This document shows, piece by piece, positions 12,304 through 24,589 of a stretch of 64,000 nt of DNA. The stretch covers positions 1-64,000 of the forward strand of contig JALDZX010000036.1 of NCBI GenBank assembly GCA_022813865.1, given 5' to 3'. The notes under the pieces were generated by a model. That model saw only the letters and a program-made list of their open reading frames with translations. It ran no database searches and had not been told where the DNA came from. Source of the stretch: Xylographa opegraphella. Lineage: Eukaryota. How positions within the stretch are numbered: the stretch's first letter is position 1; each line of letters begins with the position of its first letter. A program made the translations under genes and the position numbers.

Positions 12304-15300
12304 ATGGCGACGACTTCCTCTATGTTCATGTACTCATTGACAATTCAACCTCCATCCTCTATCACACAAGCGATCCTGGGCCAGTTTGCTGGCACAAAAG
12401 AGCAACAGATCATTACTGCATCTGGGTCGCGGTTGACAATACACCGACCAGATCCTCAGCAGGGCAAAATCACCACAATCCTCTCGCAAGATGTTTTTGG
12501 TATCGTAAGAAGCTTGGCGGCTTTCCGGCTTGCTGGTAGTAACAAAGGTATGCTCTTATACTGTAGGCTCTTGAAGGCTACATTTAGTGATTCTTGAAGT
12601 ATGGCGGCAGCTCGACACTCCTGGCGAAGTCGCCGCAAAACCACAAGCTGCCGCAAGGATCGGAATGTACGAAGAGCTATGCTGAAAATGTGTTACAGAC
12701 TACATCATCATAGGATCTGACTCGGGGCGTATAACTATCATCGAGTACCTCCCCTCCACGAACAGATTCAGTCGCCTGCATCTTGAAACATTCGGGAAAT
12801 CAGGGATACGGCGGGTTATACCTGGACAATATCTTGCAGTAGATCCAAAGGGTAGGGCATGCTTGATAGCTTCGGTTGAGAAAAACAAACTAGTCTACGT
12901 TCTAAATCGGAATGCGCAGGCTGAGTTGACAATCTCGTCGCCTCTCGAGGCACATAAGCCCCAAACACTGGTGTTTGCCCTCGTCGGTCTCGATGTTGGT
13001 TACGAAAATCCTGTTTTCGCCGCCCTCGAAGTAGACTACACGGAGAGCGACCAAGACCCGACGGGGGAGGCTTTCGAGACAATAGAGAAGTCTTTGGTAT
13101 ACTACGAGCTTGATCTTGGGCTGAACCATGTTGTCCGGAAATGGAGCGATCCGGTCGATCGTACTGCCACGATGCTATTCCAAGTACCAGGTGGTGCGGA
13201 CGGCCCTAGTGGAGTACTGGTATGTGGACTCGATAACATCACTTATCGTCATTCGAACCAAGACGCCTTTCGGGTTGCAATACCGCGTCGGAGAGGGGCC
13301 ACCGAGAATCCAGAACGCAAACGAAGTATTGTATCCGGCGTGATGCACAAAATGCGAGGAGCTTTTTTCTTTTTGCTACAAAGCGAAGACGGGGATCTCT
13401 TCAAAGTCACCTTGGACATGGTCGAAGATGAAAATGGGCAAGCCACAGGTGAAGTAAAGAAGCTTAAGATAAAGTATTTTGACACAGTTCCTATCGCATC
13501 AAGTTTGTGCATTCTGAAGAGCGGGTTCCTGTTCGTGGCCAGTGAAACGGGCGATCATCAATTTTACCAATTCGAGAAACTCGGTGACGATGATGACGAG
13601 ACCGAATTCGACAGTGAATCTTTTCCGGTCGATCCAACAGAGACATACACCCCAGTGTTCTTTCATCCCCGTGCTGCGGAAAATGTCAACTTGGTGGACA
13701 GCATGCCTTCTATGAATCCGATTATGGACTGCAAGGTAGCTAATCTGATAGAGGAAGACGCACCGCAGATCTACGCGATATGTGGAAGTGGTGCACGTAG
13801 CACTTTTCGTACACTTAAGCACGGTTTAGAGGTAAATGATATTGTCGACTCAGAGTTGCCAAGTGTTCCTTCAGCAGTCTGGACAACCAAGATTACACGA
13901 GGAGACCAGTATGATGCTTATATCGTCTTGTCTTTCCTCAATGGAACGCTTGTGCTTAGTATAGGTGAAACCGTTGAAGAAGTAACGGATACTGGCTTCC
14001 TTTCCTCGGCGCCGACCCTCGCAGTACAGCAACTTGGTGAAGATGCTCTAATCCAGGTACATCCCAAGGGCATAAGACATATCCGGAAGGATCGAAAGGT
14101 GAATGAATGGCCGGCGCCACAACATCGTTCCATCGTGGCCGCTACCACGAATGAGAGACAAGTTGCTGTGGCACTGAGTTCTGGGGAGATTGTGTATTTT
14201 GAAATGGATGAAGATGGCTCACTTGCCGAATACGACGAGAAGCGAGAGATGAGTGGTACAGTGACTTGTCTTAGTCTTGGAGAAGTTCCAGAAGGACGTG
14301 TGCGAAGTCAGTTCCTTGCTGTCGGGTGCGATGACTCCACTGTCAGAATTTTGAGCCTTGATCCTGATTCGACACTTGAGAACAAGTCTGTTCAAGCTCT
14401 AACTTCTGCACCAAGCGCGCTCTCCATCATGGCTATGGCTGACTCGACTTCCGGAGGTTCGACGCTCTATTTGCATATTGGGCTATATTCCGGCGTTTAT
14501 CTTCGGACTGTTCTGGATGAGATCACTGGCGAGTTGTCTGATACGAGAACACGCTTTCTGGGTCACAAGCCGGCGAAGCTGTTTCGAGTCTCTGTCAAAG
14601 GTCAACCTGCTGTTTTAGCGCTGAGTTCTCGACCGTGGCTGGGTTATTCCGACCCCCAAACCAAGGGATTCATGCTGACCCCCTTGAATTATGTCGATCT
14701 TGAATGGGGCTGGAACTTCAGCAGTGAGCAGTGCACAGAAGGGATGGTTGGGATTCAGGGACAAAACCTTAGGTAAATGATAACATTCTCTCTTCGTGTG
14801 TGTTAAAATCTATCTACCCTGATGAGATCTTTTCTAATTCCAGAAATCACTCCACTGTGATACTGTTGGATTTAAGTACTAATATACCAATTGTTCCTTC
14901 TGACATTTACGAGCTATTACGCTTTCATATTCGATTCAAGGCGCAAGTCTGTTATGCTGATCAGATATTTCCAGGATCTTTTCCATTGAGAAACTTGGCG
15001 AGAACCTCTTACAACAAGTGATCCCTCTAACATACACCCCACGTAAATTCGTCCGTCATCCCGACCAGCCTCTATTTTACACGATTGAGTCAGACAACAA
15101 TACCCTCTCTGTTTCCACAAAGCAGCGCCTGCTGAATGATTCGACCGTTGTGAACGGTGACGGCGTGGTACTTCCGCCTGAGGAGTTTGGCTACCCCAGA
15201 GCGCAATTGCACTGGGCTTCTTGCATACACGTCATAGACCCAGTCAATGCCAAGAAGATCCTACAACAGATCGACCTCGACGATAACGAAGCAGCCGTAA

Positions 15301-16396
15301 GTATAGCAACGGTGTCCTTCTCAAGTCAGGATGACGAGACGTTTCTGGTGGTCGGGACTGGAAAGGATATCGTGGTCAGCCCACGGTCTTTCTCGGCAGG
15401 CTTCATCCACGTCTATCGCTTTCAAGAAGATGGAAAGGAACTCGAATTCATTCATAAAACCAAGGTTGAAGAGCCACCGCTTGCGCTACTTGGATTTCAA
15501 GGCCGTCTACTCGCTGGGATTGGTGTCAACCTTCGGATTTACGACCTGGGAATGAAGCAGTTGTTAAGGAAGTGTCAAGCGCAAGTCGTGCCAAACCTTG
15601 TGGTCGGACTTCAAACCCAGGGAAGTCGAATCATCGTTAGCGACGTCCAGGAGAGCGTCGTGTACGTGGCGTACAAGTACCAAGACAATCTCCTCATTCC
15701 GTTCGTCGACGATGTTGTGGCTCGATGGACAACCTGCACTACCATGGTCGATTACGAAACCGTAGCTGGAGGTGACAAATTTGGCAACATGTGGCTTCTT
15801 CGATGCCCACAAAAGGCCTCGGAAGAAGCTGATGAAGATGGCGCCGGCGCCCACTTGGTACATGAGCGGCAGTACCTGCAAGGAGCGCCGAATCGAGCGA
15901 CGTTAATGTGTCACTACTACCCTCAAGATATACCAACCAGCATCCAGAAAACTCAGCTGGTCGCCGGCGGACGAGATGTACTGGTATGGACAGGCCTCCA
16001 AGGTACGCTTGGGATCATGGTTCCCTTCGTCAGCCGAGAGGACGTCGACTTCTTCCAGACCTTGGAACAGCATCTGCGCAGCGAGGATGCTCCCCTGGCG
16101 GGACGGGATCATCTGATCTACAGGAGCTATTACGTTCCGGTGAAGGGGGTGATTGATGGAGACTGTGAGATGAAATTCGTCACTGATCCGATTTCGCGTT
16201 TGGTGACTGACGAGTTGCAGTGTGCGAGCGGTATGCCCTGCTGCCGAATGACAAGAAGCAGATGATTGCGGGAGAGCTGGATCGGTCGGTTCGAGAGATC
16301 GAACGCAAGATCTCGGTACTTCCCAAGCTGTCCCCGGAAAGTTGGAGGTTATGGCTAACGGGAATGCAGGACATGAGAACACGGGTAGCGTATTGA
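12304..16396 (+). CDS. RSE1: U2 snRNP SF3b subunit Rse1/SF3B3 (spliced, 5 exons)
   Basis: Starts [15 protein letters not shown]. Introns 12548-12698 and 14773-14974 plus two short 3' introns. Motifs [40 protein letters not shown] and [24 protein letters not shown]. Ends DMRTRVAY*. Confidence 0.97.
14815..14908 (+). ncRNA. Intronic box C/D snoRNA, predicted guide for 18S rRNA 2'-O-methylation (yeast Am541 site; snR41/U62-like)
   Basis: Box C TGATGA at 14820-14825 and box D CTGA at 14900-14903. The guide CCAATTGTTCCT at 14887-14898 is the reverse complement of the conserved fungal 18S segment AGGAACAAUUGG. Lies inside RSE1 intron 2. Confidence 0.8.
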
Positions 16397-17931
16397 ACCA
16401 CAGGTTGGCGGCCTCTTCTCGAAGGCGAGGCGTTGTGTCTCGGGATCGTTTGCGTCACAGCCAGATTGATTGTATAGCGTCTAGCTCAGGTACCTTGCCC
16501 GATAACGACCACACAATCCCTCTCGTATGCTTTCTGTAGCGGTGTAAATTCAGCCGGTCACTCACGCCGAGAGCCCAGCGTCGATTTCAATCCGCCCACG
16601 CGTCCACGCTGTTGAGTTCCTCCCCCAGTCCTCGGACGCACATTGTTGGAATGCTCTCCCTTCCGCCCCTGCAGTCTCTCGCCTGCTCGGTCTTTCGCAC
16701 TCCCATCGTCAGATCTCGAGCTGGATGCGCCTGTCCGCCCGTACGTGGCGCGAAGGGCGTATGAGACGAGATCGACCAACGGCCCGGTGATGTTTGAGTA
16801 CGGGGCCGCTGTTCCGCGAGGAGATGTGGGCTTCTGTAATTTATGCATCGGGACAAGCGCACTACAGGTACTGACCAGGGAGAGTTGCCCGAAGGTCTCC
16901 TAGGGAGCTTCATCGGGTGCCTTTATGGGCAACTCATCCATTCGCTCTCATTATTTGATCATCCGCGGTTGGCCCAACATGCAGGGTCCTGAAGTTCAAC
17001 GCATCTCTTATGACTTTAAAATATCGTACCTACCCTTACTTGAAGTCTCTTATTTGAAGTCCGGTCTTCCGTCAGATTCACCGTCGTGACAAGAGAAGGC
17101 TGTAGACTCTTATGTAGAATACCGTTTAGCCTTACAGCCTCCAGCGGCTTCCAATGCCTTCATCTGGCGGCGAAACTCTTATCTGAACCCCAAGTGAAGG
17201 TACCTTACCGACGCCGGCATCGACAGAAAGTTACTCCGTGGTGGGGCGCCGAGAGATTGACGTGCAAGATCCAGGGCTCGCTAAACATCGGCCCGAGGCC
17301 CGAGCATCTCCACATCAAAAGCGCATACAGCCATGAGATGGACACGAGAAATGATTTCCCACGTGCAGGGCGTTGGGAAGAGAGTTGCCTGCATTGCCAC
17401 CGCAACACTCTCTTACTATCTATTCCCTGGCTGAACAGCGTTGATTTCGGTCATGATCCAGGCTTCTCGCCACCCGGGCGAATCTGAATCTACTACTCCC
17501 ATATCCTATGCTAACACCTCAGTGTAGATCTCGAGATGGTGTGCGAACTTAGCCGGCCGTAGTTGGATGCTTAGCGTGCTTTTGCCAGCTCTCTACGGAC
17601 TGGTCCAGGAGCTTATCGGCCGTCGACAGTGTCGACCCACCTCCTCCACATGTTCCAGCTAGCATGCCCTGGATCCGAGCGAGGGTTGACGTGCTATCCC
17701 AGTCGGGCAAGTCGTACATATCTGCACGATTATGGAGATGTCATTTCGCATGCATCCTGACGACAAAATAAACTGACGCGAACTTGGCTGGGCATTCCTC
17801 CACTGCCGGCACGGCCGTTTCGCTCTCCATGTTAAAGTCGTGCCCGCCATGTGGCCGTGATCTTCATTTCCCCCGTCTTGCCTTGTCTTTCCTTTTCCGT
17901 GCGCCTCAGTCTTCAGGCAAGGACATTCGCC

Positions 17932-19316
17932 ATGCTTTCCTCCCTTCTTCTTTCCGCCTTGCTTGCGGCATTCGTCTCTTCTGAAGCTGGGTTCAGGCTG
18001 TCGAGTTACAAGCCCAAGGCCTTCAAGGGTGCGAGTCCCTTGACCGTATCTCCTCATGTTGCCTCTTTCACCAAGCACAACTCGGTATCGACCAGTCAAC
18101 GATATCTCCGCTCCATTGTCGGTCGAAGTGAAGTGAACGGCGTGTATGGCGATGCTAAGGTTCAGCCTGTGGAAGATGGACAGGTCTTCCTGACCCATGT
18201 AACGTTCGGCCCCGAGACCTTCAAGGCTGTGATCGATACCGGAAGCAGTGATACTTGGCTGGCGCAAAAGGGCTTCCAGTGCTTCAATGTTACGACTGGT
18301 GCCACCGTGCCGGAAGCTGAATGCGCCTTCGGTACCAAAGGCTATACTCCGTCGACTACGTTCAGCCCGATCCGGAATGAGAATTTCAATATTTCCTATG
18401 CGGATGGTGAAATGCTGATCGGGATTGTTGGGACAGAGAAGGTGACATTGGCGGGCATCACGGTCGACAACCAGGAGGTTGGTCTGGTGCAACTGGCAGG
18501 TTGGTTTGGAGATGGCATCTCCACCGGGCTGATCGGACTCGCTTTCCCGTCAATCACAAGTGCCTACGCAGGTAACAATCCCGCGACGGACGGACCCAAT
18601 ACACAACTGCCCTACAACCCTGTCTTCTTCAACATGGTGAGACATCAAAGGTTCCGTTGTACGTACAGAAAGCTGACGCTTCGTAGTTTGAGGAGGGCAA
18701 TGTGGCTCCTCTCTTCAGCCTTGCAATCGACAGAGGCAACGCGACGGGGCAGCTAGCCATTGGAGGTATCCCCGATGTGTCTTTTTCCGAACCCATCGCA
18801 ATTGCGCCTTTCCAAGTCCTCAACGCGATCGATGAAAGTAACTCCACGACCGGTCAGTATCAGTTCTACAGTATCGACGCTGGCTTCTCCTTCGCCGGTA
18901 GCGAGAATGTCAGATTTTCTGAGAATTCAGGCTTGCCCCTAGCGCGGCCGGCCAGTGACGCAGAGTCTGTGGTTATCGTGGACAGTGGCACTACGCTCCT
19001 CTACGCTCCCACGAAAGTGGCCTATGCTGTTAATGCTCAGTTCAACCCTCCGGCTTTCTTCGACAAAAGCCAAGGAGCGTTTTTCGTCGACTGCGACGCG
19101 ACGGCTCCCGCTTTCGGGGTCGTCATTGGCAGAGCAACGTTCAACATCAACCCATTGGATTTGATCCTTTACAACGGGGGTGGACCTTGCATATCCGGGA
19201 TCCAGGATGCAGGCGACTCCTTTGGCATTCTTGGTGATGTGTTTTTGAAGAACGTCCTCGCGGTCTATGATGTGGGCGCCAGTGCGATGCTGTTTGCAGC
19301 GAGGGAGAACTACTAG
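17932..19316 (+). CDS. Secreted pepsin-like (A1) aspartic protease
   Basis: Signal peptide MLSSLLLSALLAAF. Catalytic motifs VIDTGSSDTW and IVDSGTT, plus ILGDVFLKN. Intron 18637-18686. Confidence 0.93.
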
Positions 19317-19381
19317 TTCTGGCGGCAGGATATGGTTGAGTTCCGGGGATGTGATATTCGCTGTATATATTTAGACATGGG

Positions 19382-19412
19382 TGATGATGATGATGATGAT
19401 GATGATAATGAT
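19382..19412. repeat. (TGA)n trinucleotide microsatellite
   Basis: About 8 perfect TGA units plus a degenerate tail, 3' of the protease gene. Confidence 0.9.
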
Positions 19413-19669
19413 ATGGCGATGGCGATGAAGGCATGATCGCTCAAAATCAATTCCTTGTGCATCGTCAATGGCTCTGAAGGTCTGCATGCTTTAAAATTGT
19501 GATACGGGTTGTGAAGGTCAGGTCGTGGCCCCGCTCCACATATCCCTTGCAACAAGCTCCCAAATTCACGAGACCGTTTATCCACACCACACACCACACC
19601 ACCACCTGGTCTCCATCTCCCCCCCCTCATCGCGACAATCCATCCACGTCGCGCCTCGATCTACCGGCC

Positions 19670-20456
19670 ATGGACCCTCCCACCGGCCCTCCTCTCTTCC
19701 CGGCGCACCTCATCTCGCCCTCCGTGCTCGCCGCCCTCCCCGCCGGCTACAGCATGCGCCCGCTGCGCAAGTCGGACTACGCGGCCGGCATGCTGGACGT
19801 GCTGCGGGTGCTGACCAGCGTGGGCGAGGTGAGCCGCACACGGTGGGAGGCGCGGTTCGAATACATGCGGGCCTGTGGGGAGATGGCTGGGAGGTTGTTG
19901 GAGGGCGGTGGAGGAGGAGGAGGAGGAGGATTAGAGGGGGCAGGTGGAGATACGCAGGGCGGTGGAGGAAGAGGGAAAGGGGCAGAAGGAGATACGCAGG
20001 GCGGGGAGCAGTACGGGACGTATTTCGTGCTGGTGGTCTGCGAGGAGGGGGGCCGGGTCGTGGGCACAGGGGGGTTGGTTGTCGAGCGGAAATTGTGAGT
20101 GAGGGTGACTGTTTCTTTTCCCCAGTTGCCGTGGTTAGTCCAGGCTGACGAGGGGCCATAGTATACACAACCTCGGGATGGTCGGCCATATCGAGGACAT
20201 CGCCGTGGCAAAGGACCAGCAGGGGAAGAGGCTGGGGCTGAGGATCATTGAGGCGCTGGACTGGCTGGCCGAGAGGGTGGGGTGCTACAAGGTAGGTTGC
20301 CTTTTGACACCCGATTACGGTTCAAGGGGTTTGTACGTTTGCTGACGACTGTGGGACATGCAGACCATCCTCGATTGCTCGGAGGCAAACGAAGGGTTTT
20401 ATGTCAAGTGTGGGTACAAGCGGGCCGGGCTGGAGATGGCTCATTACTATGGATGA
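19670..20456 (+). CDS. GNA1: Glucosamine-6-phosphate N-acetyltransferase (3 exons)
   Basis: Motifs LPAGYSMRPLRKSDY and VGTGGLVVERK|FIHNLGMVGHIEDIAVAKDQQGKRLG...GCYK|TILDCSEANEGFYVKCGYKRAGLEMAHYYG*. Introns 20095-20161 and about 20292-20363. Confidence 0.93.
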
Positions 20457-21185
20457 AGCGAGAGAGAACATGAGACGGCAGGACATGAGAGACTTTTCAG
20501 AGCGAGGATACCGTTGCTCGATGCGGATGGGAGGCTGTTCCGAGGTATAGCGCTGATGAAGCGTCACCGCATTGGCGAGTTCTACATCGCTATGGTCTGA
20601 GGAGACCGGTAGCAGGCGGGGAAAAGCCAGCACAATCTGTACATGGTGTGGTTGAAAGCATTTCGAAAACGACAGCAGCGACGAAGAAAGGCAACCAGGA
20701 CAGCTCCGGTATCGCCACCTCATAGCTAATAATAACCAGGTTGAAGTTATCCAAAACCAAGGAAGAAGAACCGTATAACCCCCCACACGTGGTCAAATAG
20801 CAAACAGTTCGTCCCGCCCTCGTCTAATCCCGGAGGGGACCACCCGACGATTAGTCCTAGGTCATGTCATCGCGATAAGAGAGAAAAAGTAGTTGGCCCG
20901 CCCTGGATTTTGTCTTCAAAGTCCTCCGTTTCTCCCAATTCCCTTCCTGCGAGAAACAGCTTTCATCTTTTCGATAGGTTGAATGTTGGAGTGACGTACG
21001 TCGCAAGCGAAGGGCATCATTCCTGCGCTTAAGAGCTTGGCATAAACAAACGAATCTCAGGCATCCGCTGACGCACGTGCGCAAGTCCGCCAAAAACATG
21101 ATAGGTTGGAGAGATTCGGTATAGAGATCTGTGTGAAGCATCCGAGACTGTCGTGGTCCTTGAGACGAGCAAGATAGACGGCACC

Positions 21186-24062
21186 ATGGCTGAGGGAGAC
21201 TCTCCTGCGTTGAACGACCCCGAGATTCCACGTTCGACGACAGGGCTTGTGAAAGGTTAGTGCTGTCGCAATTCTTAACCACTCGACAATGTTGTGTCAT
21301 ATTCATTTCTGTACATATACACAGGGAGCATTTTTGATATGGCCTTTGCCACTTAGATCTCTCAATATTGAAACTGCAATTCATTCGTGTCTTGCGATTA
21401 GAAGCCCCAGAGTGATGATTTGCAGTCATGATAGCAGAGTCAAGAACAGAAACTCTCGTCGTATTACTCGTCTCTCTGTGAATGATATGCTTTAGCGTGG
21501 GTGATGGAGGTATCAGGGGACAGCGAGAGATTGCGTTATTGCTGCACTAGCTTACTCGCTTTCTCATGTAGCCGTTAGTATTGCCGAACCAGAGAGCATT
21601 GCGCCAGTCTTACGACCAACGTTGTCGGGACAAGAAAGTGGTAATAACCTAGTTTCACAGAATCCGAAAAAGCACCGAGCCAGCGTTGCAAAGCGATTAT
21701 CTGGTCGTCCTTCTTACAAGACCTCTTCGTCCTCTCTCAATAGCCAGACTAGCTTCACGTTGACCGCTGAACCTGAAAGCATCGCTTCCGAAGAAAGATC
21801 GCACCTTCGTGAGCCCAAGTATCATCACCATGAGCACGGTTCGACCAGTCCTCTTGTCTCGCAGATCTTAGAATGGCTTCATGACGAGAAGCGTAAACGG
21901 TCCCGAAGAGCAGTTGCGAAGAGTTCTCGACGAGACCATGGCAAACCCGCCACCACTTTCCTTCCAAGTGGTTGGGAAGGACGATCTCAAGATGACGAGA
22001 AGTCGAATCGCCGTAGCTCGGAGTCGTCTGATGGCAGTCTGGCCCTGGAAAGATTGGAACGTATTCTAGCAGAGAACGTGGCTATAGACCCTGGAAAGCT
22101 GAGAACGCCAACTCGAGAGCATAGAGGGTTTAACCTCCACAGGAAATCATCGTCAATTCGAACGCTTCGGAAGAGCACCGGGGGTGGGTCCTCCGATACG
22201 GAATACTACGACGGCGATGTCATGGTACCATCGACCGAGGTCACCTTGGACAACTCCAAAACCTTGAGTTACGCTGGTGGAGCTGCGGATTCGGAGAAAG
22301 AGCAGCCGGGCACCAGCAAGCGTATTGCGAAAGAAAAAGAGGCTTGGGTGACCTTCAAGAATGAGATTGTCCGACTCACACACACCTTACGTTTGAAAGG
22401 GTGGAGGCGGGTTGCCCTAGATCGTGGTGGAGAAATAAGGGTAGAACGACTGAGTGGAGCCTTGACCAATGCTGTCTATGTTGTCTCTCCTCCGAAAAGT
22501 CTTCCTCAAATAAACGTAGATGGGACGAAAAGTGCAACTGCAACATCGAAGAAAATGCCATTGTAAGGCATGAAGCTTTCCCAGACGTTATTCCGGCTGA
22601 CAGGCATAGGAAACTGCTTCTTCGTATCTACGGACCACAGGTTGAACACCTCATTGATCGTGAGAACGAGCTCCAGATTCTGCGTCGTCTGGCCCGGAAA
22701 AAGATAGGTCCTCGCTTGCTCGGCACATTCACCAACGGAAGATTCGAGGAGTTCTTTCACGCTCGCACTTTGACTGCCGGCGATCTACGAGCACCAGAGA
22801 CGTCGAAAAATATAGCTAAACGTATGCGAGAACTCCATGATGGAATCGAGCTCCTCGAGGAAGAGCGTGATAGTGGACCTTTCATATGGCGGAACTGGGA
22901 CAAATGGGTGACACGATGCGAAGAAGTCATCATGTGGGTAGACCATCAGATCATTTCGGGTGAAGCAGGACCTGCAAGAGGTCGTGCTGATGAGTGGAAG
23001 AGACGAGGGTTAGTGTGTGGTGTTGAGTGGTCCGTGTTCCGCAGGACAGTCGAGCGATATCGACGTTGGCTGGATGATCAGTACGGAGGTCCAGCCGGTC
23101 TCAGGCAGCATCTTGTCTTCGCCCATAATGATGTAAAGCTTACCACTGCAACCAACGAGTAGACGACGCTGACAAAAGACAGACTCAATACGGCAATCTC
23201 CTTCGACTGGAACCCAGCGGGGAATCTCCGCTATTACTACCAATGAACGAGCATAAACAGCTTGTGGTCATTGACTTCGAGTACGCATCGGCCAACACGC
23301 GTGGCTTAGAATTTGCAAACCACTTTGTGAGTACTATTTATTCTCCCTAACATAGCCTTCCGTTATTAACACCATCCGCAACAGACTGAATGGTGTTACA
23401 ACTATCACGACTCCGAAAATGCCTTCGCCTGCAACACCGCTGCATATCCCACTCCAGCTGAGCAATACCGTTTTCTTAAAGCTTACGTCCAGCACCGACC
23501 TCAGTTCAATCCCCTTGCCTCTGCCACCCCCATCGCTAGCCCAAGCCCGGGTCCCTCGTCCTTCATCTCCACCTTCATGCTCGACAGCCGCTCCCCTCCC
23601 GTCGCCTACGCTGAGGAAGAGCGCCTTCGCCAAGAAGAAACCGAGAAGGAGATTGAAAGACTCACGCGCGAGACCCGCCTGTGGCGCATCGCCAACTCCG
23701 CACAGTGGGTCGCGTGGGGGGTCGTGCAAGCCAAGATTGGTGGCATGGACGAGGCGCTCTCGCGCGAGAAAACACCCACCCAATCGCCGCCCGCACGGTC
23801 GACAACAGACCCCTTTTCGCCGGATAGCGCAGCCGAACAGCTCGCGCCTCTGGAGAAGAGGCCGGAGGGCTTGGTGGCCGAAGCGTTGGCGGAGGGCCGT
23901 GAGCTGCCGCACGAAGAAGACGATGAGGCGGAATTCGATTACTTGGGCTATGCGCAGGAGCGGGCCATGTTCTTCTGGGGGGATTGTTTGGGCATGGGGT
24001 TTGTGCGGGAGGAGGATCTGCCGAAGGAGATGTTAGGAAAGGTGAAGCGGGTGGACTATTGA
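21186..24062 (+). CDS. Choline/ethanolamine kinase (spliced)
   Basis: Exon 1 MAEGDSPALNDPEIPRSTTGLVK, then intron 21256-21571 to AVSIAEPE. Motifs RLSGALTNAVY, KLLLRIYG, HND|TQYGNLL and LVVIDFEYA; C-terminal FDYLGYAQERAMFFWGD. Confidence 0.92.
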
Positions 24063-24589
24063 AAGGTGGAGTGCTTTAGAAGTTGGATGTGACAAGAGGA
24101 GCTTGTGACGCGGCGACGGCGTTGGGGCACGTTTGTTTGTTGCTGTACCGGCGGTTATCGGTTTGTAGAAAAGGATGTGGTAATGGCATGGTCTGAATGG
24201 AAGGTGTCTGTTTCCTCATCAAGTTTTTAGTTTGTAGATCTACTTGAGTGTATGTACGACCGTTGAAGGAATGTTGATATAGCGAATCAGTACCTTGAGG
24301 TTGATACTTGTGTCATCCATTTGTATATCGTGACAACAATGAAATAAATACTGCATCGCTAAGGAAAGATGGTTAGAAGTCTGAGCTTGGGAACGTGGGA
24401 TGCTATTGCACAGCGATGCGGTATCGCCTGAGGAAGGTTCGCTCAAAGATGTACCTCCTTCACCAAAAAGGGCCTTCAACCCAGTCAGCACAACACCCAA
24501 CCACCACAGCCAGACCCCCAAACGTAGAAGCCAGCGAGTACAAAGCCAGCCAGCAGTCAAAAAGGAAAAGCAGGACGGGGCAAAAAGAC

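Noticed and set aside
15903..17500. Short ORFs antisense to or downstream of RSE1, and similar shadow ORFs window-wide
   Set aside because: No recognisable domains; they are antisense or alternative-frame shadows of real genes, or random ORFs.
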